Source: Camelus ferus
Taxonomy: Eukaryota
Direction: 5' to 3'
Assembly: GCF_009834535.1 (NCBI RefSeq)
Contig: NC_045697.1
Span: 120,530,001-120,594,000 of the forward strand
DNA length: 64,000 nucleotides
Part shown: piece by piece, positions 24,301 through 38,774 of the stretch
How the letters are laid out: each line of letters opens with the position of its first letter
Numbering within the stretch: position 1 is the first letter of the stretch
Notes under the pieces: generated by a model
Seen by the model: the letters and a program-made list of their open reading frames with translations, nothing else
What the model was told of the DNA's origin: nothing
The model's database searches: none
Position numbers and translations under genes: made by a program

Positions 24301-27300
24301 TTTCATCTACCATACAATGTTTATATACAGCTAGTAGCATGTACTCAGTATTTGCAGATATTTCTTAATGCCAGTTTCGATAATAAGGCAGTTTTCAAAG
24401 AAAAATCCTCTTAGAGTGAGTTCTATCCAATACACATGTAATTTACATAGTTTCACTTACCATGACATTCCGTGTTCTGAATACATTACATGCATCACAG
24501 TTTCTACAACATTCTATATTGAGTGTAAGCATGTGCATTACAAATTTTCATCTACCACAGAAGACATATTTGCACCTAGAAACATTAACTATGAGTTCGC
24601 AGCAATTTCCTAATAGCAGTTTTGAAAATTAAGCATTTATTTAAGGAAAAAACTGTTCGAGCGATTTCTAACCACTAGGTATGTAATTTACATAGATTCC
24701 ATTGCTGTGTAATTACGTCTTTCGAACACGCTACATGCATAACGGATTCGACATATATTCACTACAAATGTGTTTGCATGTGGATTACCGAACTTTCAGC
24801 ATAATAAAAGGCATATTGATACTTAGAAGCATTTTCTCTGATTTCACAGAGGTTTCCAAACGCCAGTTTAGAAAATGCAGCAGATATCGCAGCAGAAAGC
24901 TCTTGGAGCGAGTTCTACCCAAGAGACTTGTAATTTACAAAGATTCGCTCACCGTGAATTCCCGTGTTCTGAACATGCTACATGCATCTCGGATTCCACA
25001 AATATTAACTACAGAGTTGTTAGCATGTGGATTACTATAATTTTATCCACCATACAAGGCATAATGTCGCTTACAAGAATTTTGTCATTTTTTGAAACTT
25101 TTTCCTAACGCCAATTTTGAAAATGAGGCAGTTTTTACCGAGAAATGCTCTAGGAGAGAGTTCCACAGAATAGACATTTAATTTACATAGGTTCCCTCAC
25201 CGTCAAATTCTGTGTTCCGTGAAAGCTGCATGCAAAACATTTTCGACAAATATTCACTACAGAATTTTTTAGCATGTGGATTACTGAACTTTCATCCACC
25301 ATACAATTCATATTGACACTTAGAATCATTTTCTCAAATTTCGAAATGTTTTTATAATGCCAGTTTTGAAAATGAGGCAGATATTGCAGATATATGCTTT
25401 TGGAGAGAGTTCTACCTTATACATGTGTAATTTGCAAGGTTTCTATTACCGTGATAGTCTGTGTTCCGAACACAGTACAAAGATCACGGATTCGACAAAC
25501 ATTGATTAATGAGTTGGCAACGTGTTGATTTCCGAACATTCATCCAACAAACACGGCATATTTACACCTAGAAATTTTTCTCTGTTTTCGCAGATTTGTC
25601 CGAATGCCAGTTGCAAAAAACAGGCAGTTTTCACAGAAAAATTCTCTTCGTGCGTGTTCTATCAGACAGACGTGAAATTTACAATGTTTCAACTACCATG
25701 ACATTCCCTGTTCAGAACACGTTCTATGCATAATGGATTTATAAAACATTCATTACTGATTAGAGAGCATGTGGATTTCCAAAATTTAATCCACCAAACA
25801 AGGCATATTTACACCTAGAAATATTTACTCTGCTTTCACAGCTTTTTACTAACTTCAGGTTTTAAAATCATGAAGTTTTCTCAGGAAAAAACCTCTTCGT
25901 GCGAGTTCTACCCCGTAGAATTATAATTAAAATGTTTTCCATCAAAGTGACTTTCCATTTTCTGAACACGCTAAATGAATCACGGATTTGACAAACATTC
26001 ATTACTCAGTTGTGTGCATTTGGATTACAGAACTTTCTTCCACCATACAAGGCATAAATACACCTAGAAATATTTACCATGAATTCACAGATTTTTCCTA
26101 ACGTCAGTCTCGAAAATCATAAAGTTTTCACAGAAAATATCTCTGCATGTGTGTTCTAACCATTAGAATTGCAATTTCAATTATTTCCCACAAAGTGACT
26201 TTCCGTGGTCGGAAAACACTGCATTCATCAAGGATTTGACAAACATTCATTAGTCAGTTGTGTGCCTGTGAATTACAGAACTTTCATCCACCATATAATG
26301 CATATATACACCTTGAAAATATTATTCTGATTTTGCAGCTTTTTACTGAATGCAGTTTAGAATATCAGGCAACTTTGCAGGATAATTCCCTTGTAGAGTG
26401 TTCTACACAGTAGACATGTAATTTACATAGATCTCCTCGCCGTTACATACCGTGCTACGAACATGCTACATGCACCGCAGTTTGACAAATATTAAGTGCT
26501 GAGTTGTTAGCATGTGGATTAATGTACTTTCATCTACCATACAATGTTTATATACAGCTAGTAGCATGTACTCAGTATTTGCAGATATTTCTTAATGCCA
26601 GTTTCGATAATAAGGCAGTTTTCAAAGAAAAATCCTCTTAGAGTGAGTTCTATCCAATACACTTGTAATTTACATAGTTTCACTTACCATGACATTCCGT
26701 GTTCTGAATACATTACATGCATCACAGTTTCTACAACATTCTATATTGAGTGTAAGCATGTGCATTACAAATTTTCATCTACCACAGAAGACATATTTGC
26801 ACCTAGAAACATTAACTATGAGTTCGCAGCAATTTCCTAATAGCAGTTTTGAAAATTAAGCATTTATTTAAGGAAAAAACTTTTGGAGCGATTTCTACCC
26901 ACTAGGTATGTAATTTACATAGATTCCATTGCTGTGTAATTACGTCTTTCGAACACGCTACATGCATAACGGATTCGACATATATTCACTACAAATGTGT
27001 TTGCATGTGGATTACCGAACTTTCAGCATAATAAAAGGCATATTGATACTTAGAAGCATTTTCTCTGATTTCACAGAGGTTTCCAAACGCCAGTTTAGAA
27101 AATGCAGCAGATTTCGCAGCAGAAAGCTCTTGGAGCGAGTTCTACCCAAGAGACTTGTAATTTACAAAGATTCGCTCACCGTGAAATCCCGTGTTCTGAA
27201 CATGCTACATGCATCTCGGATTCCACAAATATTAACTACAGAGTTGTTAGCATGTGGATTACTATAATTTTATCCACCATACAAGGCATAATGTCGCTTA

Positions 27301-30300
27301 CAAGAATTTTGTCATTTTTTGAAATTTTTCCTAACGCCAATTTTGAAAATGAGGCAGTTTTCACCGAGAAATGCTCTAGGAGAGAGTTCCACAGAATAGA
27401 CATTTAATTTACATAGGTTCCCTCACCGTCAAATTCTGTGTTCCTTGAGAGCTGCATGTAAAACATTTTCGACAAATATTCACTACAGAATTTTTTAGCA
27501 TGTGGATTACTGAACTTTCATCCACCATACAATTCATATTGACACTTAGAATCATTTTCTCAAATTTCGAAATGTTTTTCTAATGCCAGTTTTGAAAATG
27601 AGGCAGATATCGCAGATATATGCTTTTGGAGCGAGTTCTACCTTATACATGTGTAATTTGCAAGGTTTCTATTACCGTGATAGTCTGTGTTCCGAACACA
27701 GTACAAAGATCACGGATTCGACAAACATTGATTAATGAGTTGGCAACGTGTTGATTACCGAACATTCATCCAACAAACACGGCATATTTACACCTAGAAA
27801 TTTTTCTCTGTTTTCGCAGATTTGTCCGAATGCCAGTTGCAAAAAACAGGCAGTTTTCACAGAAAAATTCTCTTCGAGCGTGTTCTATCAGACAGACGTG
27901 AAATTTACAATGTTTCAACTACCATGACATTCCCTGTTCAGAACACGTTCTATGCATAATGGATTTATAAAACATTCATTACTGATTAGAGAGCATGTGG
28001 ATTTCCGAAATTTAATCCACCAAACAAGGCATATTTACACCTAGAAATATTTACTCTGCTTTCACAGCTTTTTACTAACTTCAGGTTTTAAAATCATGAA
28101 GTTTTCTCAGGAAAAAACCTCTTCATGCGAGTTCTACCCCGTAGAATTATAATTAAAATGTTTTCCATCAAAGTGACTTTCCATTTTCTGAACACGCTAA
28201 ATGAATCACGGATTTGACAAACATTCATTACTCAGTTGTGTGCATTTGGATTACAGAACTTTCTTCCACCATACAAGGCATAAATACACCTAGAAATATT
28301 TACCATGAATTCACAGATTTTTCCTAACGTCAGTCTCGAAAATCATAAAGTTTTCACAGAAAATATCTCTGCATGTGTGTTCTAACCATTAGAATTGCAA
28401 TTTCAATTATTTCCCACAAAGTGACTTTCCGTGGTCGGAAAACACTGCATTCATCAAGGATTTGACAAACATTCATTAGTCAGTTGTGTGCCTGTGAATT
28501 ACAGAACTTTCATCCACCATATAATGCATATATTCACCTTGAAAATATTATTCTGATTTTGCAGCTTTTTCCTGAATGCAGTTTAGAATATCAGGCAACT
28601 TTGCAGGATAATTCCCTTGTAGAGTGTTCTACACAGTAGACATGTAATTTACATAGATCTACTCGCCGTGACATACCGTGCTCCGAACATGCTACATGCA
28701 CCGCAGTTAGACAAATATTAAGTGCTGAGTTGTTAGCATGTGGATTAATGTACTTTCATCTACCATACAAAGTTTATATACAGCTAGAAGCATGTACTCA
28801 GTATTTGAAGATATTTCTTAATGCCAGTTTCGATAATAAGGCAGTTTTCACAGAAAAATCCCCTTGGAGTGAGTTCTATCCAATACACTTGTAATTTACA
28901 TAGTTTCACTTACCATGACATTCCGTGTTCTGAATACATTACATGCATCACAGTTTCTACAACATTCTATATTGAGTGTAAGCATGTGCATTACAAACTT
29001 TCATCTACCACAGAAGACATATTTGCACCTAGAAACATTAACTATGAGTTCGCAGCAATTTCCTAATAGCAGTTTTGAAAATTAGGCATTTTTCTAAGAA
29101 AAAAAATGTTGGAGCGATTTCTACCCACTAGGCATGTAATTTACAGAGATTCCATTGCTGTGAAATTACATTTTTCGAACACGCTACATGCATAACGGAA
29201 TCGACATATATTCACTACAAATGTGTTTGCATGTGGATTACCGAACTTTCAGCATAATAAAAGGCATATTGACACTTAGAAGCATTTTCTCTGATTTCAC
29301 AGAAGTTTCCAAACGCCAGTTTAGAAAATGCAGCAGATTTCGCAGCAGAAAGCTCTTGGAGCGAGTTCTACCCAAGAGACATTTAATTTACAAAGATTCG
29401 CTCACCGTGAAATCCCGTGTTCTGAACATGCTACATGCATCTCGGATTCCACAAATATTAACTACAGAGTTGTTAGCATGTTGATTACTATAATTTTATC
29501 CACCATACAAGGCATAAATACACCTAGAAATATTTACCCTGATTTCACAGATTTTTCCTAACGTCAGTCTCGAAAATCATAAAAGTTTCCCAGAAAATAT
29601 CTCTGCATGTGTGTTCTACCCATTAGAATTTCAATTTCAATTGTTTCCCACAAAGTGACTTTCCGTTGTCCGAACACACTGCATTCATCACGGATTTGAC
29701 AAGCATTCATTAGTCAGTTGTGTGCCTGTGAATTACAGAACTTTCATCCACCATATAATGCGTATATACACCTTGAAAATATTATTCTGATTTTGCAGCT
29801 TTTTCCTATCTGCAGTTTAGAATATCAGGCATCTTTGCAGGATAATTCTCTTAAAGAGTGTTCTACACAGCTGACATGTAATTTACATAGATCTCCTCGC
29901 CGTTACATACCGTGCTCCGAACATGCTACATGCACCGCAGTTTGACAAATATTAAGTGCTGAGTTGTTAGCATGTGGATTAATGTACTTTCATCTACCAT
30001 ACAATGTTTATATACAGCTAGAAGCATGTACTCAGTATTTGCAGATATTTCTTAATGCCAGTTTCGATAATAAGGCAGTTTTCACAGAAAAATCCCCTTG
30101 GAGTGAGTTCTATCCAATACACTTGTAATTTACATAGTTTCACTTACCATGACATTCCGTGTTCTGAATATATTACATGCATCACAGTTTCTACAACATT
30201 CTATATTGAGTGTAAGCATGTGCATTACAAATTTTCATCTACCACAGAAGACATATTTGCACCTAGAACATTAACTATGAGTTCGCAGCAATTTCCTAAT

Positions 30301-32198
30301 AGCAGTTTTGAAATTTAAGCATTTTTCTAAGGAAAAAACTGTTGGAGCGATTTCTACCCACTAGGCATGTAATTTACAGAGATTCCATTGCTGTGAAATT
30401 ACGTCTTTTGAACACGCTACATGCATAACGGATTCGACATATATTCACTACAAATGTGTTTGCATGTGGATTACCGAACTTTCAGCATAATAAAAGGCAT
30501 ATTGATACTTAGAAGCATTTTCTCTGATTTCACAGAGGTTTCCAAACGCCAGTTTAGAAAATGCAGCAGATTTCGCAGCAGAAAGCTCTTGGAGAGAGTT
30601 CTACCCAAGAGACTTGTAATTTACAAAGATTCGCTCACCGTGAAATCCCATGTTCTGAACTTGATACATGCATCTCGGATTCCACAAATATTAACTACAG
30701 AGTTGTTAGCATGTAGATTACTATAATTTTATCCACCATACAAGGCATAATGTCGCTTACAAGAATTTTGTCATTTTTTGAAAATTTTTCCTAACGCCAA
30801 TTTCGAAAATGAGGCAGTTTTCACCGAAAAATGCTCTAGGAGAGAGTTCCACAGAATAGACATTTAATTTACATAGGTTCCCTCACCGTGAATTTCTGTG
30901 TTCCGAGAAAGCTGCTTGCATTACTTTTTCGACAATTATTCACTACAGAATTTTTTAGCATGTGGATTACTGAACTTTCATCCACCATACAATTCATATT
31001 GACACTTAGAATCAATTTCTCAGATTTCGAAGTGTTTTTCTAATGCCAGTTTTGAAAATGAGGCAGATTTTGCAGATAAATGCTTTTGGAGCGAGTTCTA
31101 CCTAATACATGTGTAATTTTCAAGGTTTCTATTACCGTGATAGTCTGTGTTCCGAACACATTACATGGATCACGGATTCGACAAACATTGATTAATGAGC
31201 TGGGAACGTGTTGATTACCGAACATTCATCCAAAAACACGGCATATTTACACCTAGAAATTTTTCTCTGTGTTTGCAGATTTGTCCGAATGCCAGTTGCA
31301 AAAAACAGGCAGTTTTCACAGAAAAATTCTCTTCGAGCGTGTTCTATCAGACAGACATGAAATTTACAATGTTTCACCTACCATGACATTCCCTGTTCAG
31401 AACACGCTCTATGCATATTGGATGTATAAAACATTCATTACTGATTAGAGAGCATGTGGATTTCCGAAATTTAATCCACCATACAAGGCATATTTACACC
31501 TAGAAATATTTATTCTGCTTTCACAGCTTTTTCCTAACTTCAGTTTTTAAAATCATGAAGTTTTCTCAGAAAAAAACCTCTTCAAGCGAGTTCTATCCAG
31601 AGGAATAGTAATTTAAGCAGTTTCCCTCAAAGCGACTTTCCAGTTTCTGAACATGCTACATGCATCACGGATTTGACAAACGTTAATTACTCAGTTGTGT
31701 GCATGTGGATTACAGAACGTTTCATCCTACCATATGAGACATATATACACCTAGAAATATTTACTCTGATTTCACTACTTTTTCCTACCGTCTGTTTTGA
31801 AAATCATGATGTTATTGCATAAGTAATCTCTGCAAGCGAGTTCGACCCAGTAGAATTGTAATTTCAATAGTTTCCCACAAAGTGACTTTCCATGGTGCCG
31901 AACGATGCTAAATTCATCACGGATTTGACAAACATTCGTTACTCAGTTGTGTGCATGTAGATTACAGAATTTTCATCCACCATATAAGGCATATATAACC
32001 TAGAAAATATTATTCTGAGTTCACAGCTTTTTCCTAATGGCAGTTTAGAAAATCTGGCAACTATAGCAGGATAAATCTCTTGTAGCATGTTCTACACATT
32101 GGACATATAATTTATATAGAGTCCCTCGCCGTGAAATTCCGTGCTTCAACTTGCTACTTGCACCGCAGGTTCGACAAATATTCACTGCTGAGTTGTTA
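21320..32198 (+). repeat. 44-monomer super-HOR, copy 2
   Basis: Same order as copy 1. Matching ORFs are offset by 10874-10878 bp (17947/28821, 19177/30055, 20163/31040). Confidence 0.88.
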
Positions 32199-35100
32199 GC
32201 ATGTGGATTACTGAACTTTCATCTACCATAAAATGTGTATATACAGCTAGAAACATGTACAAAGTATATGCAGATTTTTCCTAACGTCAGTTTCTGAAAT
32301 CAGGCAGTTTTCACAGAAATATACTCTTGGAACTTGTTCCACCTAATAGACATGTAATTTACAGAGATTCGCTCATCGTCAAATTGTGTCTTCTGAAAAA
32401 ACTGCATGCATCACGGTTTCAAAAAATATTCACTACAGGTTTGTTTAGCATGTGTATTTCTGAACTTTCATCACCATACAAGTCATATAGGCACTTAGAG
32501 CATTTTCTCAAAATTCGAATTTTTTCCTAATGCCAGTTTTGAAAATGAGGCAGATTTCACAGAAAAATGCTTTTGCAGCAAGTTCTACCAAGTGGACATG
32601 TAATTTAAATGCTTTCACTCACCGTGACATTGCATGTTCCGAAACACGCTACATGCATCACTGATTCGACAAACATTCTTTATTGAGTGGTGAACGTGTG
32701 TATTACCGAACTTTCATCCACTATAAAAGTCATATTGACACTTAGAAGCATTTTCTCAGATTTTGAAGTGTTTACCTAATGTCAGATTTGAAAATGAGGC
32801 AGATTTCACAGAAAATGCTTTTGAAACGAGTTCTACCCAACACACATGTAATTTACAAAGATTCTATCACCGTGATATTCTGTGTTCAGAACACGCTACA
32901 TGGATCACGGATTGGACAAACATTATTTAATGATCTCTGAACATGTGGAATACCAAACTTTCATCCACCAAACACTGAATATTTACACCTAGACATTTTT
33001 CTCTGTGTTCGCAGATTTGTCCTAATGCCACTTGCGAAATACAGGCAGTTTTCACAGAAAAAATTCTCTTCGATCATGTTCTATCCAATAGACATGAATT
33101 TACAATGTTTCACTTACCATGACATTCCGTGTTCATAACACGCTACATGCATATTGGATTTACAAATCATTCATTACTGAGTTGTGAGCATGTGGATTTC
33201 TGAACTTTCCACCACCATACGAGGTATATTTACACCTAGAAATATTTACTCGGCTTTCCCAGCTTTTCCAAACTTCAGTTTCAAAAATCATGAAGTTTTC
33301 GCAGAAAAAAACTCTTCATGCGAGTTCTACCCCGTAGAATTATAATTAAAGTGTTTTCCCTCAAAGTGACTTTCCATCTTCTGAACACGCTACATGAATC
33401 ACGGATTTGACAAACATTCATTACTCAGTTGTGTGCATTTGGATTACAGAACTTTCTTCCACCATACAAGGCATAAATACACCTAGAAATATTTACCATG
33501 AATTCACAGATTTTTCCTAAGTCAGTCTCGAAAATCATAAGTTTTCACAGAAAATATCTCTGCATGTGTGTTCTAACCATTAGAATTGCAATTTCAATTA
33601 TTTCCCACAAAGTGACTTTCTGTGGTCGGAAAACACTGCATTCATCAAGGATTTGACAAACATTCATTAGTCAGTTGTGTGCCTGTGAATTACAGAACTT
33701 TCATCCACCATATAATGCATATATACACCTTGAAAATATTATTCTGATTTTGCAGCTTTTTCCTGAATGCAGTTTAGAATATCAGGCAACTTTGCAGGAT
33801 AATTCCCTTGTAGAGTGTTCTACAGAGTAGACATGTAATTTACATAGATCTCCTCGCCGTGACATACCGTGATCCGTACATGCTACATGCACCGCAGTTT
33901 GACAAATATTAAGTGCTGAGTTGTTAGCATGTGGATTAATGTACTTTCATCTACCATACAAAGTTTATATACAGCTAGAAGCATGTACTCAGTATTTGAA
34001 GATATTTCTTAATGCCAGTTTCGATAATAAGGCAGTTTTCACAGAAAATCCCCTTGGAGTGAGTTCTATCCAATACACTTGTAATTTACATAGTTTCACT
34101 TACCATGACATTCCGTGTTCTGAATACATTACATGCATCACAGTTTCTACAACATTCTATATTGAGTGTAAGCATGTGCATTACAAACTTTCATCTACCA
34201 CAAAAGACATATTTGCACCTAGAAACATTAACTATGAGTTCGCAGCAATTTCCTAATAGCAGATTGAAAATTAGGCATTTTTCTAAGGAAAAAACTTTGG
34301 AGCGATTTCTACCCACTAGGCATGTAATTTACAGAGATTCCATTGCTGTGAAATTACGTTTTTCGAACACGTTACATGCATAACGGAATCGACATATATT
34401 CACTACAAATGTGTTTGCATGTGGATTACCGAACTTTGAGCATAATAAAAGGCATATTGACACTTAGAAGCATTTTCTCTGATTTCACAGAGGTTTCCAA
34501 CGCCAGTTGAGAAAATGCAGCAGATTTCGCAGCAGAAAGCTCTTGGAGCGAGTTCTACCCAAGAGACATGTAATTTACAAAGATTCGCTCACCGTGAAAT
34601 CCCGTGTTCTGAACATGCTACATGCATCTCGGATTCCACAATATTAACTACAGAGTTGTTAGCATGTTGATTACTATAATTTTATCCACCATACAAGGCA
34701 TAAATACACCTAGAAATATTTACCATGAATTCACAGATTTTTCCTAACGTCAGTCTCGAAAATCATAAGTTTTCACAGAAAATATCTCTGCATGTGTGTT
34801 CTAACCATTAGAATTGCAATTTCAATTATTTCCCACAAAGTGACTTTCCGTGGTCGGAAACATTGCATTCATCAAGGATTTGACCAACATTCATTAGTCA
34901 GTTGTGTGCCTGTGAATTACAGAACTTTCATCCACCATATAATGCATATACACATCTTGAAAATATTATTGTGATTTTGCAGCTTTTTCCTGAATGCAGT
35001 TTAGAATATCAGGCAACTTTGCAGGATAATTCCCTTGTAGATTGTTCTACACAGCTGACATGTAATTTACATAGATCTCCCTCGCCATTACATACGTGCT

Positions 35101-38100
35101 CCGAACATGCTACATGCACCACAGTTTGACAAATATTAAGTGCTGAGTTGTTAGCATGTGGATTAATGTACTTTCATCTACCATACAATGTTTATATACA
35201 GCTAGTAGCATGTACTCAGTATTTGCAGATATTTCTTAATGCCAGTTTCGATAATAAGGCAGTTTTCACAGAAAAATCCCCTTGGAGTGAGTTCTATCCA
35301 ATACACTGTAATTACATAGTTTCACTTACCATGACATTCCGTGTTCTGAATATATTACATGCATCACAGTTTCTACAACATTCTATATTGAGTGTAAGCA
35401 TGTGCATTACAAATTTTCATCTACCACAGAAGACATATTTGCACCTAGAAACATTAACTATGAGTTCGCAGCAATTTCCTAATAGCAGTTTTGAAAATTA
35501 AGCATTTATTTAAGGAAAAAACTTTTCGAGCGATTTCTAACCACTAGGTATGTAATTTACATAGATTCCATTGCTGTGTAATTACGTCTTTCGAACACGC
35601 TACATGCATAACGGATTCGACATATATTCACTACAAATGTGTTTGCATGTGGATTACCGAACTTTCAGCATAATAAAAGGCATATTGATACTTAGAAGCA
35701 TTTTCCTCTGATTTCACAGAGTTTCCAACGCCAGTTTAGAAAATGCAGCAGATATCGCAGCAGAAAGCTCTTGGAGCGAGTTCTACCCAAGAGACTTGTA
35801 ATTACAAAGATTCGCTCACCGTGAATTCCCGTGTTCTGAACATGCTACATGCATCTCGGATTCCACAAATATTAACTACAGAGTTGTTAGCATGTGGATA
35901 TTATAATTTTATCCACCATACAAGGCATAATGTCGCTTACAAGAATTTTGTCATTTTTTTGAAACTTTTTCCTAACGCCAATTTGAAAATGAGGGCAAGT
36001 TTTACCGAGAAATGCTCTAGGAGAGAGTTCCACAGAATAGACATTTAATTTACATAGGTTCCCTCACCGTCAAATTCTGTTGTTCCGTGAAAGCTGCATG
36101 CAAAACATTTTCGACAAATATTCACTACAGAATTTTTTAGCATGTGGATATACTGAACTTTCATCCACCATACAATCATATTGACACTTAGAATCATTTT
36201 CTCAAATTTCGAAATGTTTTTATAATGCCAGTTTTGAAATGAGGCAGATATTGCAGATATATGCTTTTGGAGAGAGTTCTACCTTATACATGTGTAATTT
36301 GCAAGGTTTCTATTACCGTGATAGTCTGTGTTCCGAACACAGTACAAAGATCACGGATTCGACAAACATTGATTAATGAGTTGGCAACGTGTTGATTCCG
36401 AACATTCATCCAACAAACACGGCATATTACACCTAGAAATTTTTCTCTGTTTTCGCAGATTTGTCCGAATGCCCAGTTGCAAAAAACAGGCAGTTTTCAC
36501 AGAAAAATTCTCTTCGTGCGTGTTCTATCAGACAGACGTGAAAATTTACAATGTTTCAACTACCATGACATTCCCTGTTCAGAACACGTTCTATGCATAA
36601 TGGATTTATAAAACATTCATTACTGATTAGAGAGCATGTGGATTTCCAAAATTTAATCCAACCAACAAGGCATATTTACACCTAGAAATATTTACTCTGC
36701 TTCACAGCTTTTTACTAACTTCAGGTTTTAAAATCATGAAGTTTTCTCAGGAAAAAACCTCTTCGTGCGAGTTCTACCCCGTAGAATTATAATTAAAATG
36801 TTTCCATCAAAGTGACTTTCCATTTTCTGAACACGCTAAATGAATCACGGATTTGACAAACATTCATTACTCAGTTGTGTGCATTTGGATTACAGAACTT
36901 TCTTCCACCATACAAGGCATAAATACACCTAGAAATATTTACCATGAATTCACAGATTTTTCCTAACGTCAGTCTCGAAAATCATAAAGTTTTCACAGAA
37001 AATATCTCTGCATGTGTGTTTCTAACCATTAGAATTGCAATTTCAATTATTTCCCACAAAGTGACTTTCCGTGGTCGGAAAACACTGCATTCATCAAGGA
37101 TTTGACAAACATTCATTAGTCAGTTGTGTGCCTGTGAATTACAGAACTTTCATCCACCATATAATGCATATATACACCTTGAAATATTATTCTGATTTTG
37201 CAGCTTTTTACTGAATGCAGTTTAGAATATCAGGCAACTTTGCAGGATAATTCCCTTGTAGAGTGTTCTACACAGTAGACATGTAATTTACATAGATCTC
37301 CTCGCCGTTACATACCGTGCTACGAACATGCTACATGCACCGCAGTTTGACAAATATTAAGTGCTGAGTTGTTAGCATGTGGATTAATGTACTTTCATCT
37401 ACCATACAATGTTTATATACAGCTGTAGCATGTACTCAGTATTTGCAGATTTTCTTAATGCCAGTTTCGATAATAAGGCAGTTTTCAAAGAAAAATCCTC
37501 TTAGAGTGAGTTCTATCCAATACACTTGTAATTTACATAGTTTCACTTACCATGACATTCCGTGTTCTGAATACATTACATGCATCACAGTTTCTACAAC
37601 ATTCTATATTGAGTGTAAGCATGTGCATTACAAATTTTCATCTACCACAGAAGACATATTTGCACCTAGAAACATTAACTATGAGTTCGCAGCAATTTCC
37701 TAATAGCAGTTTTGAAAATTAAGCATTTATTTAAGGAAAAAACTTTTGGAGCGATTTCTACCCACTAGGTATGTAATTTACATAGATTCCATTGCTGTGT
37801 AATTACGTCTTTCGAACACGCTACATGCATAACGGATTCGACATATATTCACTACAAATGGTTGCATGTGGATTACCGAACTTTCAGCATAATAAAAGCA
37901 TATTGATACTTAGAAGCATTTTCTCTGATTTCACAGAGGTTTCCAAACGCCAGTTTAGAAAATGCAGCAGATTTCGCAGCAGAAAGCTCTTGGAGCGAGT
38001 TCTACCCAAGAGACTTGTAATTTACAAAGATTCGCTCACCGTGAATTCCCGTGTTCTGACATGCTACATGCATCTCGGATTCCACAAATATTAACTACAG

Positions 38101-38674
38101 AGTTGTTAGCATGTGGATTACTATAATTTTATCCACCATACAAGGCATAATGTCGCTTACAAGAATTTTGTCATTTTTGAAATTTTTCCTAACGCCAATT
38201 TGAAAAGAGGCAGTTTTTCACCGAGAAATGCTCTAGGAGAGAGTTCCACAGAATAGACATTTAATTTACATAGGTTCCCTCACCGTCAAATCTGTGTTCC
38301 TTGAGAGCTGCATGTAAAACATTTTCGACAAATATTCACTACAGAATTTTTTAGCATGTGGATTACTGAACTTCATCCACCATACAATTCATATTGACAC
38401 TTAGAATCATTTTCTCAAATTTCGAAATGTTTTTCTAATGCCAGTTTTGAAAATGAGGCAGATATCGCAGATATATGCTTTTGGAGCGAGTTCTACCTTA
38501 TACATGTGTAATTTGCAAGGTTTCTATTACCGTGATAGTCTGTGTTCCGAACACAGTACAAAGATCACGGATTCGACAAACATTGATTAATGAGTTGGCA
38601 ACGTGTTGATTACCGAACATTCATCCAACAAACACGGCATTTTACACCTAGAATTTTTCTCTGTTTTCGCAGAT
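32199..38674 (+). repeat. 44-monomer super-HOR, copy 3 (partial, truncated by gap)
   Basis: Order A-J | F-N | F-M, carrying the same private variants as copies 1 and 2, up to the gap. Confidence 0.85.
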
Positions 38675-38774
38675 NNNNNNNNNNNNNNNNNNNNNNNNNN
38701 NNNNNNNNNNNNNNNNNNNNNNNNNNNNNNNNNNNNNNNNNNNNNNNNNNNNNNNNNNNNNNNNNNNNNNNNNN
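38675..38774. other. Assembly gap (100 N)
   Basis: Run of exactly 100 N within the satellite. Confidence 0.99.

Larger units (their letters stand above)
6470..38674 (+). repeat. Tandem satellite array, ~247-248 bp monomer, HOR-organised (satellite contig 1)
   Basis: The anchor GCATGTGGATTAC.GAACTTTCATCCACCATA recurs every ~247 bp (e.g. ~10461, 10709, 10955, 11203, 11449). Sixteen diverged monomer types recur in fixed order. Confidence 0.97.
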
